Under the pieces are notes generated by a model, which was not told the origin of the DNA, ran no database searches, and saw nothing but the letters and a program-made list of their open reading frames with translations. A DNA stretch of 63,851 nt, the filler included, from Lenisia limosa (taxonomy: Eukaryota; Protista; Breviatea), in the NCBI GenBank assembly GCA_001655205.1. It is 8 parts of 8 records of this genome, joined end to end, with 100 filler letters (N's around TTAATTAATTAA, not from the genome) between each part and the next. Parts side by side here need not be neighbours in the genome. Positions count along the whole stretch, not along the records: positions 1 to 22,978 come from LPNZ01007860.1; 7 more parts are not named here. One strand, given 5' to 3'. The translations under genes and the position numbers were made by a program. Positions 1-13,049 of this stretch are shown one piece after another; the first letter of the stretch is position 1; each line of letters opens with the position of its first letter.

Positions 1-182
1 GGGGGGGGGGGGGGACACAGAGCGGTTGACACAATTCTTAAAAAACATCCATAATTTTGTGAGTTGCACTAAAATGCGTCAAGAGGTGCAATTGATTTTG
101 CAGTTAATTAAGAAATCAAATGGAGAAATGAATGGAAGACCTATCAATTTGAAATGCCGACATTTATTCATTGTCTTATGAT

Positions 183-277
183 TAGGGACTCCCAACGGTC
201 CGAAAAAAACTGGTACACTATCGATATTTATCTAGGATTATCGAGAAATTCAGTCTTTTTTGGAACCGCAAGCCCAA
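183..277. mobile_element. hAT-type MITE, subfamily B
   Basis: Termini TAGGGACTCCCAACGGTCCGAAAAA...GTCTTTTTTGGAACCGCAAGCCCAA, with a perfect 8-bp TSD CTTATGAT (175-182 and 278-285). Confidence 0.85.
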
Positions 278-315
278 CTTATGATCTTCATCCTGTATAC
301 TCTCACCAAATACAG

Positions 316-3300
316 CTTTCCTTCTACACCCTGCTCATCCTAAAAATGCTCCTTCCACTCTTCTGCCTGCTTGTTCTGGCTCTTTGGTTCGTCGTTGCCT
401 CCGCCGCCGCAACCCTAGGCTTGATTCAATACGCTAATGAAGCAGTAGGGGAAGGGGGAGTAAAATTGGAAAATTAATGAACACCCAAATCACTCTGTTG
501 ACAACACACGAGGGTTGATAGCAACAAAACAAACAAACCCCAGGCCAGTTGTTATGTTTTTTGGTTGATTTTTTGCTTTGAGTGGCCAGTAGAGTAGGGC
601 GAGGGGATGGGTATGATGTTTGGTTGTAGTTGTCGTTTGAACAAGATATGATCGATTGTTAAACATATAATATCAAAGCAGTGGGAGGCGGTGGTATTAT
701 ATCTGGGCTTATATGCATGTCATATGATATGCCTTACGAAAAGGATTATTATAGTGCACCTNNNNNNNNNNNNNNNNNNNNNNNNNNNNNNNNNNNNNNN
801 NNNNNNNNNNNNNNNNNNNNNNNNNNNNNNNNNNNNNNNNNNNNNNNNNNNNNNNNNNNNNNNNNNNNNNNNNNNNNNNNNNNNNNNNNNNNNNNNNNNN
901 NNNNNNNNNNNNNNNNNNNNNNNNNNNNNNNNNNNNNNNNNNNNNNNNNNNNNNNNNNNNNNNNNNNNNNNNNNNNNNNNNNNNCCTCCTCGTAATGGTG
1001 ACCCTCTACATTCCGCTGGCATGGAGTTCTCTCCAGTACTTTGACTGCACTTACCAGGAGGACGCTACATGGACTCTTGATGCGGGTGGGAATGAGGCAA
1101 TGATACTTTAGGTCTTTTCTCTTGGTGATGGTGGTTATTAAAGAGGGGAGTGGGTATTACTATTGTTTAGGGGTTTTACGACAAGAATGTTGAATGTCAA
1201 TGAACTAAATGATTGTTAGATATCATATATCAACAAATTCAAGGATTGTTAGATATCATATATCAACAAATGCAAGGATTGTTAGGTATCATATATCAAC
1301 AAATGCAAGGATTGTTAGATATCAGATATCAACAAATGCAAGGAATGTTAGATACTCTATCAATTAACAAAAGAATGTGAGATATACACTGACCGCGATT
1401 AGTCTTGACACGGATATTGAGCTTGATCTTCAGTCAATCGTGTCAGGACTTATCGCGCTCACTGTATCAATTAACTCAAATAATGTGAGATGTATTAATT
1501 AACTAAAAGAATGTGCGATATCATACACTGTATATCAATTACTAAAATAATGTTAGCTCTTTAATATTGGTGGCTCATGATGCGTTCTCTTTTCTGTTTC
1601 AGAATGTTTCCAATCCCTCCCCCAGACCCCACGACCGAGTGCTATGTTGGCGACCACGGCACTTTCCTGCCTCTTGCCCTCCTTATGGTTCTCCTGTACT
1701 CTGTTGGCATCCCAATGGCAGTTCTGTTGTTCGTTGTCAAGACTGAAGATCTCTTTGACGATCTTGTTTTCTCTAAGTTTGGGGGCAAGAAAAAAGAAAA
1801 AATAAAAAAAACCTGGGGGGGGGGGGCTGGNNNNNNNNNNNNNNNNNNNNNNNNNNNNNNNNNNNNNNNNNNNNNNNNNNNNNNNNNNNNNNNNNNNNNN
1901 NNNNNNNNNNNNNNNNNNNNNNNNNNNNNNNNNNNNNNNNNNNNNNNNNNNNNNNNNNNNNNNNNNNNNNNNNNNNNNNNNNNNNNNNNNNNNNNNNNNN
2001 NNNNNNNNNNNNNNNNNNNNNNNNNNNNNNNNNNNNNNNNNNNNNNNNNNNNNNNNNNNNNNNNNNNNNNNNNNNNNNNNNNNNNNNNNNNNNNNNNNNN
2101 NNNNNNTGAGGCAACTGGCCGTGATTGTGGCCCTTCTCCTCTTCAAGTCCACTACCAGCCAGGTGGGGGTGGGGGCTTACTTGCTATTAGCTCCAGTGAC
2201 CAGTATAAGTCTTGACCAATTTTCCTTGGAAATCACATAGCAAAATCGGTCAAGACTTATCCTGGTCACTGTATATGGGAATGTAGGTAAAAAGTTGATG
2301 TGTTTTGGGATCAATTTTTACTTATTTTGCACATTTACGATTAATACCTTTACGCCAATGTTCTTCATCAAAATTTCCCTCGTTTTACCCCCCCCCCCCA
2401 NNNNNNNNNNCTTCCCTATTACACCGCTAGAAAGCAACATGAGCTCTCACAGCATTCCTCAAGCTTAACATCCCCCTCCCCATTTAACGTCCATTAAACC
2501 TCCTAGATTGCTGCCTGCCTGCTCACGGCATTCTTCATGCTCTTCGCGAACGAGTTTGCCAAGCCCTACCTGGACCCGAGAATCGTGACCCTCGATTCCG
2601 CGGGTCTCATGGTCAACTCTGCTACTCTGTTGTCCGCAATTGTGTTCCAAGATGTATGGGGGAGGAAGGTGGAAATTTATGAAACAAAAAAATAGGAAAA
2701 ATATTCCCGGAAAGGTACTTCGGGAAGAGAATAAACTCTGGAAAAAAGAAAAAAAAACGGGGAGGGGGGGGGGGGNNNNNNNNNNNNNNNNNNNNNNNNN
2801 NNNNNNNNNNNNNNNNNNNNNNNNNNNNNNNNNNNNNNNNNNNNNAGCCGTGGATTAATCGTTCTCAGTCGTCCGTGTCAGAGTCCTATCGAACGCTTGC
2901 AACTATCATGGTACTGGTCCTGTTTGTGGCCAATGTCAGCTATGCGGCTCTGGTTCTCTGCACCGAAGCGGCTATCCAGCTGAAGAAGGGTGGGTTCTAG
3001 AGCTTCTGAGATGTACATAGTACATATATTGGCCTAATTTATTTTTTTGAATCAAGAGGGAAAAAATACATGAGATCGGAAACACAAACCTCTCGTATGT
3101 TTATTGTATATCTTAGTAGCTGTATGAATATCTGTAATAGAAATGAACGAATTCCGCAGATGATATATATAATATTACATACATATGTATGATCATATAT
3201 GTAACTATCTATAGATATGGACTAAGAATGCGTGGTATCAAACTATCTGAAGATATGAATTAATCAAGCAGATGACGAGCTCTTTGATGAGAAGGCTTCC

Positions 3301-3769
3301 TCCGCATTTGTGTCCGAACTTGCCACATTGGACTCGCAAGGTTGGCGAGAACTAATCTCACATTTGGCGATACTGTCATTCCTTGTTTTTGGGAGCCAGA
3401 GATGGATGATAATACTATTATATAGGAAATAACAAATACATAAGGACCATCCCAAAATATCAGTTTCACCAACAGAGTTGATTTTGGGTTTATTTTGTTT
3501 CATGAATTTTCCAATTTTATCCCTTTCCCCCCCTTCACACCACCATCTCCATTTTTGCCTCCTTGGTCGAAGTCTTTCACCCCGCAGAAATGTTCAACTT
3601 CAATTCGAACGATGATAGTGCCATGTCTTCCATGAACATGACCAGTGACAATCCAACGTCCTTCGGAAATAGCAATGAAAGTAGCGGTGTGGCTGTGGAC
3701 ACGTTCAGCGACGACCTCGCTTCGGCTAATGATAGTGCGGCTGCTGATACTTTCGCGGACTGTGTGTAG
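316..3769 (+). CDS. Multi-pass membrane protein, C-terminal part (type seen at the end of large Cys-rich protist membrane proteins); multi-exon, 5' partial
   Basis: Spliced hydrophobic exons LSFYTLLILKMLLPLFCLLVLALWF (316-), LLVMVTLYIPLAWSSLQYFDCTYQEDATWTLDA (985-), DPTTECYVGDHGTFLPLALLMVLLYSVGIP, IAACLLTAFFMLFANEFAKPYLDPRIVTLDSAGL, and an acidic last exon ending TAG at 3769. GT-AG junctions; several exons hidden in gaps. Confidence 0.65.
1211..1375. repeat. Intronic minisatellite, 33-bp unit x5 plus degenerate copies to about 1555
   Basis: GATTGTTAGATATCATATATCAACAAATGCAAG starts at 1211, 1244, 1277, 1310 and 1343. Confidence 0.9.
1387..1464. mobile_element. Tc1/mariner-type MITE, subfamily D
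   Basis: TA-CACTGACCGCGATTAGTCTTGACACG...CGTGTCAGGACTTATCGCGCTCACTG-TA, 78 bp. Other copies at 16739-16812 and 17037-17115, partial at about 5862-5890, 6020-6090 and 8351-8395. Confidence 0.85.
2194..2271. mobile_element. Tc1/mariner-type MITE, subfamily C
   Basis: TIR CAGTGACCAG(G)ATAAGTCTTGACC / GGTCAAGACTTATCCTGGTCACTG-TA, 78 bp. Other copies at about 20320-20391 and 21595-21670. Confidence 0.85.
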
Positions 3770-4607
3770 GGCTTGTGGGCGTATTAATTTGTTTTTATTA
3801 TTATTTGGGTTCATTGCGTGTCGTTTTCGAGTGTAGATGTATTATTACCGGGTCGGATTAAAGAGGTTTCACCCCCCCCCCCNNNNNNNNNNNNNNNNNN
3901 NNNNNNNNNNNNNNNNNNNNNNNNNNNNNNNNNNNNNNNNNNNNNNNNNNNNNNNNNNNNNNNNNNNNNNNNNNNNNNNNNNNNNNNNAAAACAGAAGTC
4001 CATCCAATAAATCTTCAGAAACATTTGAGTAGCACAAAGATAAAAAAAACATAATAAAGCCCTAACACAGGGAATTTACATTAACCTAGAAGCATTTCTC
4101 AAGTAATGTTGTTTTTATGAGTTTTTTGCTGCTTTATTTTTGGTTTTCAACCCTCATGTTGCATAAACAGCTCTGGGCTTTTTGTTGATTAATTTGTCCT
4201 TTTCACTCCCCCCCCCCCNNNNNNNNNNNNNNNNNNNNNNNNNNNNNNNNNNNNNNNNNNNNNNNNNNNNNNNNNNNNNNNNNNNNNNNNNNNNNNCATG
4301 AAACCTTAAAATACTTTGGCAAAAGACGATAGAACTGAACTGAACAACTGAAAAAGTCAAAGAAAGAGCAATGATAGGAATATCTCAGTGGAACATCTAC
4401 CAGATTTTGGGCCAGAGAAAGTCTGAAATTTCCCAATCCCAGAGAAATGGTTGCAGCAAAGATGTAGATATGATACAGTATCGAGCACATTACAAATTAT
4501 ATAATATTATTATTAGAATATGTATGTAAAAATTACATTCATCACTACAATTTTTTTTTTAAAAAACTCTCCAAATAATCGTAATAAGCTTGCCACAATG
4601 CCCTCAC

Positions 4608-7600
4608 CTAAATAAGCTTTTTCTGAAAGCTGGTTTTCGGCCGCGACATATTTATCCGAGACTTCGCGGCTGGCTTCTTAGCCCCTGGTTTTGATGCTGG
4701 TTTTGAAGAGGCTTGAAATGGGAGCATTTTGCCTGCTTGTTTGGCAACAGGAGCAACATTAGGCTTAATACCAGGCTTAATGGCGGATGTGACAACAGGC
4801 TTAATGACGGGCTTTGAATTGGGTAAGGAAGTGGGAGGAGAGGAGGAGGGGACCAGCGTGGGTTTGGTCAAAGCTGGCTCGGGCTTTTGCGGGGGCTTGG
4901 CTGAAGGCGTTGCAGTGGGGGGGATGCGCGTTGGGGGCTTTTTGAATGATGAAGGTTTGTTAGATGTGGAAGAAGATGTCGGAAGCTTTGGAGTGGCTGT
5001 CAGAAGCTTTGGAGCGGCTGTCGGAAGCTTTGGAGTGGCTGTTGGAAGCTTTGGAGCGGCTGTCAGAAGCTTTGGAGTGGCTGTTGGAAGCTTTGGAGCG
5101 GTTGTCGGAANNNNNNNNNNNNNNNNNNNNNNNNNNNNNNNNNNNNNNNNNNNNNNNNNNNNNNNNNNNNNNNNNNNNNNNNNNNNNNNNNNNNNNNNNN
5201 NNNNNNNNNNNNNNNNNNNNNNNNNNNNNNNNNNNNNNNNNNNNNNNNNNNNNNNNNNNNNNNNNNNNNNNNNNNNNNNNNNNNNNGGCCGATTTTGGCG
5301 CTGACGTGATGTGTGAGGTTACAGGCTTGCTCATATTAATTCGAGAAGTGACTGGTTTGCTCATATTGATCCGTGACTCTACCGGTCTGTTTATCGTCCG
5401 TTTGGTGGTGTTGATTTTGGAAGTGGCAGAGGGGCCCGGTTTGGTTGATGGTCGGGTGGCCATTTTCACTCGAACTGCGCTTAACTTGGCTGCAAGCTTT
5501 GTTGAAGCACTGGGCTTGGCAGAGGACAGTTTCTTCGACAAGGGGGGTTTGACTTTTTGGGCGATCTTTGGATCTTGGATTGTTCCCGGTTTGTGAAGTG
5601 GGGCAAGGGTGCTGTTGCTGAGGCTTGTGGGGATTTTGGCAGAAGATGTGGGGGGAGTTGATGTGCTTGAGATGGACGGTTTGAGAGATGGGGTGCTTGA
5701 GATGGACGGTTTGAGAGATGGGGTGCTTGAGATGGACGGTTTGAGAGATGGGGTGCTTGAGATGGTGGCAGTGGAGACAACTTTGGAAGATATCATTGGG
5801 AAAGCGATTGTTGTGTCTATAGAGTGAGAAATCCGGATATGGGTCAGGGCTTTATCTTTAGTCAATCGTGAGGACTTATCGCGGACCCAGTATAACTACA
5901 CAGCAAGTTTTATATATCATCCATTAGAAATCGTCTCAAAAATAATTGTTTGCAACATGTACAACAATGACATTTGGCAAAATGTGATCACAAAATTAAG
6001 TAGTATATATCACATACTACCCTAATTAGTCCTGACACGATTGATTTAAGGTAAAGCTCAATATCTGTAACAGGACTTATCGCGCAGTATTAAACACAGA
6101 ATACAGTTTTTACTAAACGCTCAACCTGGTATATTAGACCCTCAAATTATAATGATATTTGTTGGTGTACCTATTTCAAAATCATAAGCTATTCTGCAAA
6201 AAAGGGAGTAGAGATCTTTACCCACCTTTTTTAGGCTCGTTTTTTCGGGCGACAATAACCTTGGCCCTCTCAATAGCCGAGAGTGCGGTGGCGGAGAGGT
6301 CTGAGTTTAGCTTGGAGTCGGGGGGTTTCGGAGCCTGGGTGGAACACGTGGGATTACGGGGGGTTTTTGGAACTGGTTTTGGCGAGGTGGGTGCAGCGGT
6401 AACTTGAGGCTTTTGCTGCATTGTAGGAGGAGTTTTGGGCGTTGATTTGGAAGGAATGGCAGGAACGGGAACATTGAAAACATTACTGGAAGTGTTTGCT
6501 GGTATTGATGACGACGACGATGGTTGAATTGAATGCTTGGAAGATGGTGGTGATATGTGGGGCGAAGGGGCTGTTGTAGTGGTATGCGGGGTAATAACTG
6601 GCTTCTTTGGGACATCCATTTGCGACTTTTTTGATGCGCTGGTTGTGGGAGGTTTCATGACCACCTTTGCAGACACTGGTCTGAAATGAATGAGTACAAA
6701 GTAAAAAGGGGGTGTAAAAGTAAGGGGGCGAGCTGGATCTCATAGAGTCGGACTGAGTAACTTGTTACATGTAATACAGCATCGCTACATGATATGAAAC
6801 GTGAAACACAAGAAATACCCGAAAAATCCTGGTTGTTTGAAACTATTCTTCATCACTTACACTCCTTTTACTGCATTTTTCATAAATCAAATCTTTTAAT
6901 TTCTCCAAAACTGGGACTCAGTGCAATAATAGAGAATTTAAATTCAAAATATGAAGTAATACATAGTATAACGAATAAGCCAATTCAGAATCTTTAATCA
7001 CCACAACTTTTTTAACAACTAATCCCCCTTACTTCTTGGAGGTAACAACAGGGGCTCTCTTCAGGTACTTCTTTGGCTGCTGCACGGAGGGTCGTGAGTC
7101 TCTGAGTTTCTTCAGCAAGTTTTCCTGGTGGGATGTAATGACTTTTTCCTTCACTCGAGCGGTTCCGTTCTTCAGTGGTGCAGCCTGTGTTATTAACGAC
7201 AAGTGGACTTATGAAGCGTTATTAACGTAACGTAGAGTATGCAGCGATATTAACGGAATATCATGATGACACATTGTACCACAACCCACATTTAGAGCAT
7301 CATTCCTCCTTTTATCCTAAACCCACATCTATATAATCATTCCTATCTAGGGTTTTATTCGATAAGAAAAAGATCGCTTAACTTTCGAGATATACCGATG
7401 ATTTAAAAGTCAGTTATTTTCTGGATCAGAGTGAAGCTCTACCAACTCCTATCACACAAGCCGAAACCCACTTTTAGAGCATCATTCTTCCTTTTGGCCA
7501 ACTCCGTCGCCTTCATCACTGCTGCCATTGTCGAAGCTGCCAAAGCAACTGAACTAACCTGAGAGTGTGAGGGAGTGGGAAGGTATAAAGGGACATTTAT

Positions 7601-10600
7601 GAAAATAAAAAAAACACAGCTAAACTGTTAACTAAACAAGTGTGAGGGAAAGAGTTTTAGAGAGAGAGCGAGAGAGAGAGAGAGAGAGAGAGAGATGAAG
7701 TGAAAAGGAGGGAGGCGAACAACTCACGCATAATTATGATTCCGCCAAGAAGCGTGGTCACAGAAGTATACTATTATGTTTTTGGTGTCCCGATGAATTT
7801 TTCTGTTCAGGTTTCCAATGTAGCTAAATGCATAGTATTATTATGTCTTGCTTCAATAAACACAAAGTCCCGCCAAACCGGTTTATTTGCAAGTTTTTGG
7901 GGGGACCTCCTCGGGTTATTCGGAGTTTTATCCTTGGGAGTGGGCGTTTTTGCTTTCGGTGTGACGGGCGTAGTCTTGGGGGTGCGGGCAGAATTTGTGG
8001 GTGCTGAGTTATGATTGGGTGTGTGTGCTGGGATTGAAACTGTTCGGGAAATGTTCCTCCTTGGAAAAACGAGAGTCTTAGTCGGATTACTTCCGGTCGT
8101 TGTTGGTGATGGCTTGGTTGTGGGCTTATTTGTCATTAATTTGGCTCGAGCTATGCTTCTTGCCACCCCCTGAGATATCGCTGAGGCTGAGGAGGCTGAT
8201 GAGCTGAAGAGGTAAAAAAAAAAAAAAAAANNNNNNNNNNNNNNNNNNNNNNNNNNNNNNNNNNNNNNNNNNNNNNNNNNNNNNNNNNNNNNNNNNNNNN
8301 NNNNNNNNNNNNNNNNNNNNNNNNNNNNNNNNNNNNNNNNNNNNNNNNNCGATAAGTCCTGACACGATTATTGGGCTTATCGTGTCAGGACTTAATTGTG
8401 AAAACAGAAGCCTTCCCGCTGACACTGACTTAGGAGTAATGGTGATGGACTTCTTCCCTCCTTTCATCGAAGTCTCAATGGAAAACTCAGACTTTTTAGG
8501 GGAATTTTGCTTGGACTTTACAAGAGGGAACGGGGACACGGTATCAGGCATATTCCTGGTCAGAGCAAGTCGCGGTGCCGGTAGAGGGGTTTTTGGCTTG
8601 TCCTTCCTGACCATGGGGTTGATAGCCTTCTTTTTGAGGGGAATGAAGGGGGCTGCGTGGGGGTTCAGAAGACCCTAGATCTAGGTTAGTATGGTAGTAA
8701 GCATAACATACTAGACAAAATTTGAAATAAAGTGTCTGAAATGTAGTTCTCGCAGTATGTCCCATTTTGAATTAGTGTCATATATAGCATAGCTAGTAAC
8801 TATATCATATATGATAATACATACAGCTATGAGAACTTTAAAAACACGCTTAACTATAATACTTTAATGTAGTACATATATCATATGATACATATTTTTA
8901 AGAATACTACTCGACATTACATAAAATCTGGCCGCGCTCTTTGAGCTTTTGTTTTGAAACTCAGGCAAACGTACAAAGCTCTATTATATTGTAAAAATCC
9001 CAATTATTCCTATAATATAAGACTGTAACGTTTTATTGCATTCAATAGAACTTCAAGTTCTCAAATAAATATCTTACGCATCAAGTAGTGATACCTATTT
9101 GGCCTTTATCAAACATTTAGTCATTTATTTGAACCAAAAATGAAATCAAGTATTCTATATTCTTAGATAAAAAATAAACTATATTTTTCACAATTAAAAT
9201 AAGTTTTCATTTTTCGCTCACCTGCGGGTTGGGAACAGGAGCAATAGGGTGGGGAATTGGGTTAATCATGGGGGGTAGAGGCTGCATCGGCATCATTTGG
9301 GGAATTGGGGGGCCTGCTGGTCACTCATAGCAAATGGAAGAAAAAAAATACCAACTTGTAATACACGCTAGATAATATCATATATATATATTATATCATA
9401 TTGTGTTGACCCATTTTATTCACAAATGATATGATCATACGACCGACTGACAAGTCGAAATGATGAACGAAGATAAGATGACGGTTCATCCCGAGGGTAT
9501 CAGAGTATCATTCAGACTTGAACTATCACATGAGTACACGAGTGGATATCAGTGCGTGGAAAATGATACTTTTGAAAATGAAACAATGATATTCCCCCCC
9601 CCCCCCCCNNNNNNNNNNNNNNNNNNNNNNNNNNNNNNNNNNNNNNNNNNNNNNNNNNNNNNNNGCTTCACTTTGGTTCGAAAAAAGACTGAATTTCTCG
9701 ATAAATCTCCGAAAGCTATCGATATTATATCGATATTTTTCGAACTGAAGTGAAGCCTTATCATCATATCACCATACCTTGATGGGGCAAATGTGGGTGG
9801 AATGCTGGAGGAAGTTGCGGAATTATAGGGTTGCCAGGATTGAAGAGTGGGTTGATCTCTGGGGGGGGGGGGGNNNNNNNNNNNNNNNNNNNNNNNNNNN
9901 NNNNNNNNTCTGTTGGCTGACAATACACACGGGTTGTTAACAACAAACAAACAAAGCCCAGTCCAGTCGCTTCTACAGCACCGCATCCCATCACTCCAAC
10001 ATACGTAAGGATGAAAGGGGTTGAGAGCTATACTCACCAGAATCATAAGTTTTATCCAGATATCGAAATAATCTTAAGAGTTTGGGTCGGGATTTTTTTA
10101 CAGGATAAGGAGGGGGTGGGGATGTGGAAATAAGCAAAAGTACCCCCCACTCATACCCCCTACAGACTAAAAAAAAGAGACCAATTTTCTTACTCCCAAT
10201 AAAATTGGAAAACACGACAGTATATATCAAAATTATCCTTTTTTTTTATTAACCGGGAAGTCCAACAGAATCACGTATTGAGCCCAAATGTAATGAGTCC
10301 TATCAATCATTTCAAAAAAGAAATTTGTTTTGTATCTGTAAAAAAACAATTCAAGGGATAAAAGGAAATAATGATACGTTACAAATAGACAAATAACAAG
10401 AGAGTTTTTGTAACAGGAGAAACATTTAGATTATACCTCTATTCCCACATCTGCCCCCTACGGTTATCTCTTGGCATCATGCGGGTGTGGGGTATGAGGT
10501 TGGAGTTAATCTGACGTTGACGGTACACAAGGGCTTCGTTTTGCCGATTGGCGACGACCTAATTTGTTATTATATATTGTCATATATTGCATATATACAT

Positions 10601-11870
10601 GTATATATCGATATGGAATACCATTCCTTAGGTCCAAAAAAGACCGGTCAAATATTGATATAAGTATCGAGGATTTATCGAGAACTTTAGTCTTTCTTGT
10701 GACAGTAGAGAAGCTCTAAATAGCGTACATTTTGTGATAAGATACCCCGGACACCCCCGGGCACCTGAGCCACCTGCTGGCGTTGATGGAAGATGACGTT
10801 ATTCATCTGCTCCGCCGCCAATCGCTCATTGATCAGAGGCACGGACGGTGCCTGCATCATAGGTCGTGGGAAGTTAAGGGCGGGAGGAGCCTGGACTGCG
10901 GATGTGAAAAAAGAGATACGAACAGAAATTATTATAATCTTGTTTTTGGAGATTGGCTTCGGTTTGAATACTGCAAGATACTCGATAATCATTTGGGCTG
11001 TGTATTTTTTGGCATCTAATATTCTCTCTATACAAAATCATCGTCGACTCTTATTATGACTATGCGGCAACTTTTGCTCAAATGTTCAAAACCAGACCTT
11101 TTTAAAAAACAAAACTGAATTCTCTAAAAGTCTGATAATTTTCCAGTATTCATGTCTTTTTAACTGAAAGTGAAGCTCTATTCTGAACATTACAATTCTC
11201 ACCTGGCTGGCTGAACATCGCCAGAGGGGCATAGGGAACATTCATGCTGGAGGAGTGAATAATATTTTGGAATCAGGAAACAAAGGAGATTGGTGCTGTA
11301 AGGATATTTCGATGGAGAATGTTAGCATAAAGGGACTTATCAACAATGTAATGATTCTAAAGTCAAAGAATCCTTAGATTTTTTCAAGGGAAATTACAGG
11401 AAAATAAGACCAGACTTTTCTAAGCCTCTTTGTAATTCAAAGCAAGACCCATTGACTGATTCTTTGTCAGCAAATTGGACGGTTATAATTGGCTAAAAAC
11501 TATTCAAGATCAAGGGGTATATGTTGGCGTGAAAATAAAGGATTAACATCAGGCTACAACGCCAATAATAAGATGTTTAAATCTCAATTGTGCCCTAAAA
11601 CCTTTTCTGGTGGACATGGTGACTTGTTTTGTAGAATGAATTCTTCTTCTTTGGTGTCGACTGGTTGGTTGCGGCGACTGAAGAAGTCGTCTTCATTCCT
11701 GGCTTCTTTGCGTTATTATTGGCTTTGGTATTAGAATTGGAAGAGGAATTGGCCGGAGGGGCCTTGGCGTTATTGGATTTCTTGGTATTGGCGGCTGGTT
11801 TCGCTTCCCAGCCGCAATCCTCATCTCCTGATGAGCAATAACTAGCCACTTCATCATCAGAGTCGCTCAT
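4608..11870 (-). CDS. Large low-complexity (S/T/P/K-rich, disordered) protein with a PAM2-like motif; possibly two genes
   Basis: ATG at 11870 (MSDSDDEVASYCSSGDEDCGWE), then about 15 minus-strand exons with GT-AG borders. Exon starting at 8674 reads GLLNPHAAPFIPLKK. Last exon ends KTSFQKKLI-stop at 4608. Continuity across 8990-8680 is unproven. Confidence 0.55.
4975..5110 (-). repeat. Coding 21-bp tandem repeat (PTA[A/T]PKL) running into a gap
   Basis: At least 6 copies of GGAAGCTTTGGAG[T/C]GGCTGT[C/T]. The minus-strand frame that joins ORF 4608-4871 gives PTATPKL/PTAAPKL units. Confidence 0.85.
5660..5762 (-). repeat. Coding 30-bp tandem repeat (SSTPSLKPSI x3)
   Basis: GTGCTTGAGATGGACGGTTTGAGAGATGGG repeated three times. 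Confidence 0.85.
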
Positions 11871-12047
11871 TATGGCTAAGAAGAGGAGAAATGGGAAGTT
11901 TGAAACATGCTAATATATTCCGCGGCCGTAGTTAGCTTTGCTTTGAATGTTTGAAAACCTGTGCCTCTTTTCTTCCTAAATTATTCTCAGTATACGTATT
12001 TATTACAAATCAACACAAATATTTGTTTCTAGTTAAGTTAAAGAGCA

Positions 12048-12373
12048 ATGTCGGAAACTCCTACCTCAGCTAACGCGCCATCAGTGTTTTTGAAGACAAT
12101 TGTTGGACAGCCAGTGTCAGTAAAGCTCAATAATGGCTCCGAATATCGTGGTTGGTTGACTCTCCTTGATCTCTTGCCTTTTCTCATTGTCCTTCTAGGG
12201 ATCCTTGCGTCTTTAGATGGCTACCTGAACTTGTGCATGGAGGAAACCGAAGAGTATGAGCGTGGCGTCGTGAAGACTCGCTTCGGTGATGTTTTCCTCA
12301 GAGGGAACAATGGTTTGCTGGTTGTGCTGTGCATTTGCCTCAGGTATTACATATTTATTCGCATTTTGTTTGA
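12048..12373 (+). CDS. LSM6: U6 snRNA-associated Sm-like protein LSm6
   Basis: PSVFLKTIVGQPVSVKLNNGSEYRG | 48-nt GT-AG intron | ILASLDGYLNLCMEETEEYERGVVKTRFGDVFLRGNN matches LSm6 (not SmF, which has KLKWG and RCNN). Position of the last exon is uncertain. Confidence 0.92.
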
Positions 12374-12386
12374 ATATGGAGCTTAG

Positions 12387-12950
12387 GCTTTGTCTTTGGC
12401 TGTTTCATTTGTTCTATTTCTGGTTCTATGCACTTGTACGGTTACTTTTGTCCAGCCCACCCCTTTTCAGCCGAATGATAGGCGATTCTGTTTTCGGATG
12501 TTGATATACAGGGTGTTTCTCTATTTGAATGAAATAGTAACACAGATCCCCCTTGTCCATAATTGTGTTTGTCCATATATTTTATGCACTTATTTGTTTG
12601 TGTTCAACTCCTCTTACGGTCCTTCCTTTCCCGCATATTTATTGACCTTATTGGCTTGTGTGATATGTGGTGTATTTGTCCAGTAAGCACCTTTTTTATG
12701 CCGCAACTTTTCACAGGCGATACTAAAACTAATACTCACTCGCTATGGATGCTGTGATAAAATCAATTACAGTGCCTTTTTTCTGTTTTTCAAACCCCCA
12801 GATCCCCACAAAATTTCTAATTTTTCTGCCTTTACCTTCTTTTATNNNNNNNNNNNNNNNNNNNNNNNNNNNNNNNNNNNNNNNNNNNNNNNNNNNNNNN
12901 NNNNNNNNNNNNNNNNNNNNNNATTTGGTACCATACTGAGGCATAGCTGA
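12387..12950 (+). CDS. Candidate small spliced hydrophobic protein of unknown function
   Basis: Open frame with hydrophobic segments (LAVSFVLFLVLCTC; YLLTLLACVICGVFVQ), a clean short intron GTAAGC...CACAG, then AILKLILTRYGC. No start codon identified. Confidence 0.3.
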
Positions 12951-13049
12951 TAGAGAGGACCGTGTTTGAACCTTTATACAGTTTTTACGTCAAATATTCA
13001 TATCGATATAGCTTGGCGTATTTATTTTGAAATTTTTATATCCCCGATC

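Noticed and set aside
4729-5827. Plus-strand ORFs (LEWLSEALER repeats, EMDGLRDGVL repeats)
   Set aside because: Antisense shadows of the repetitive minus-strand coding exon.
7040-7185. Exon open in two frames as a dual-coding region
   Set aside because: Short and A/G-rich, so two open frames are expected by chance, and neither resembles a known domain.
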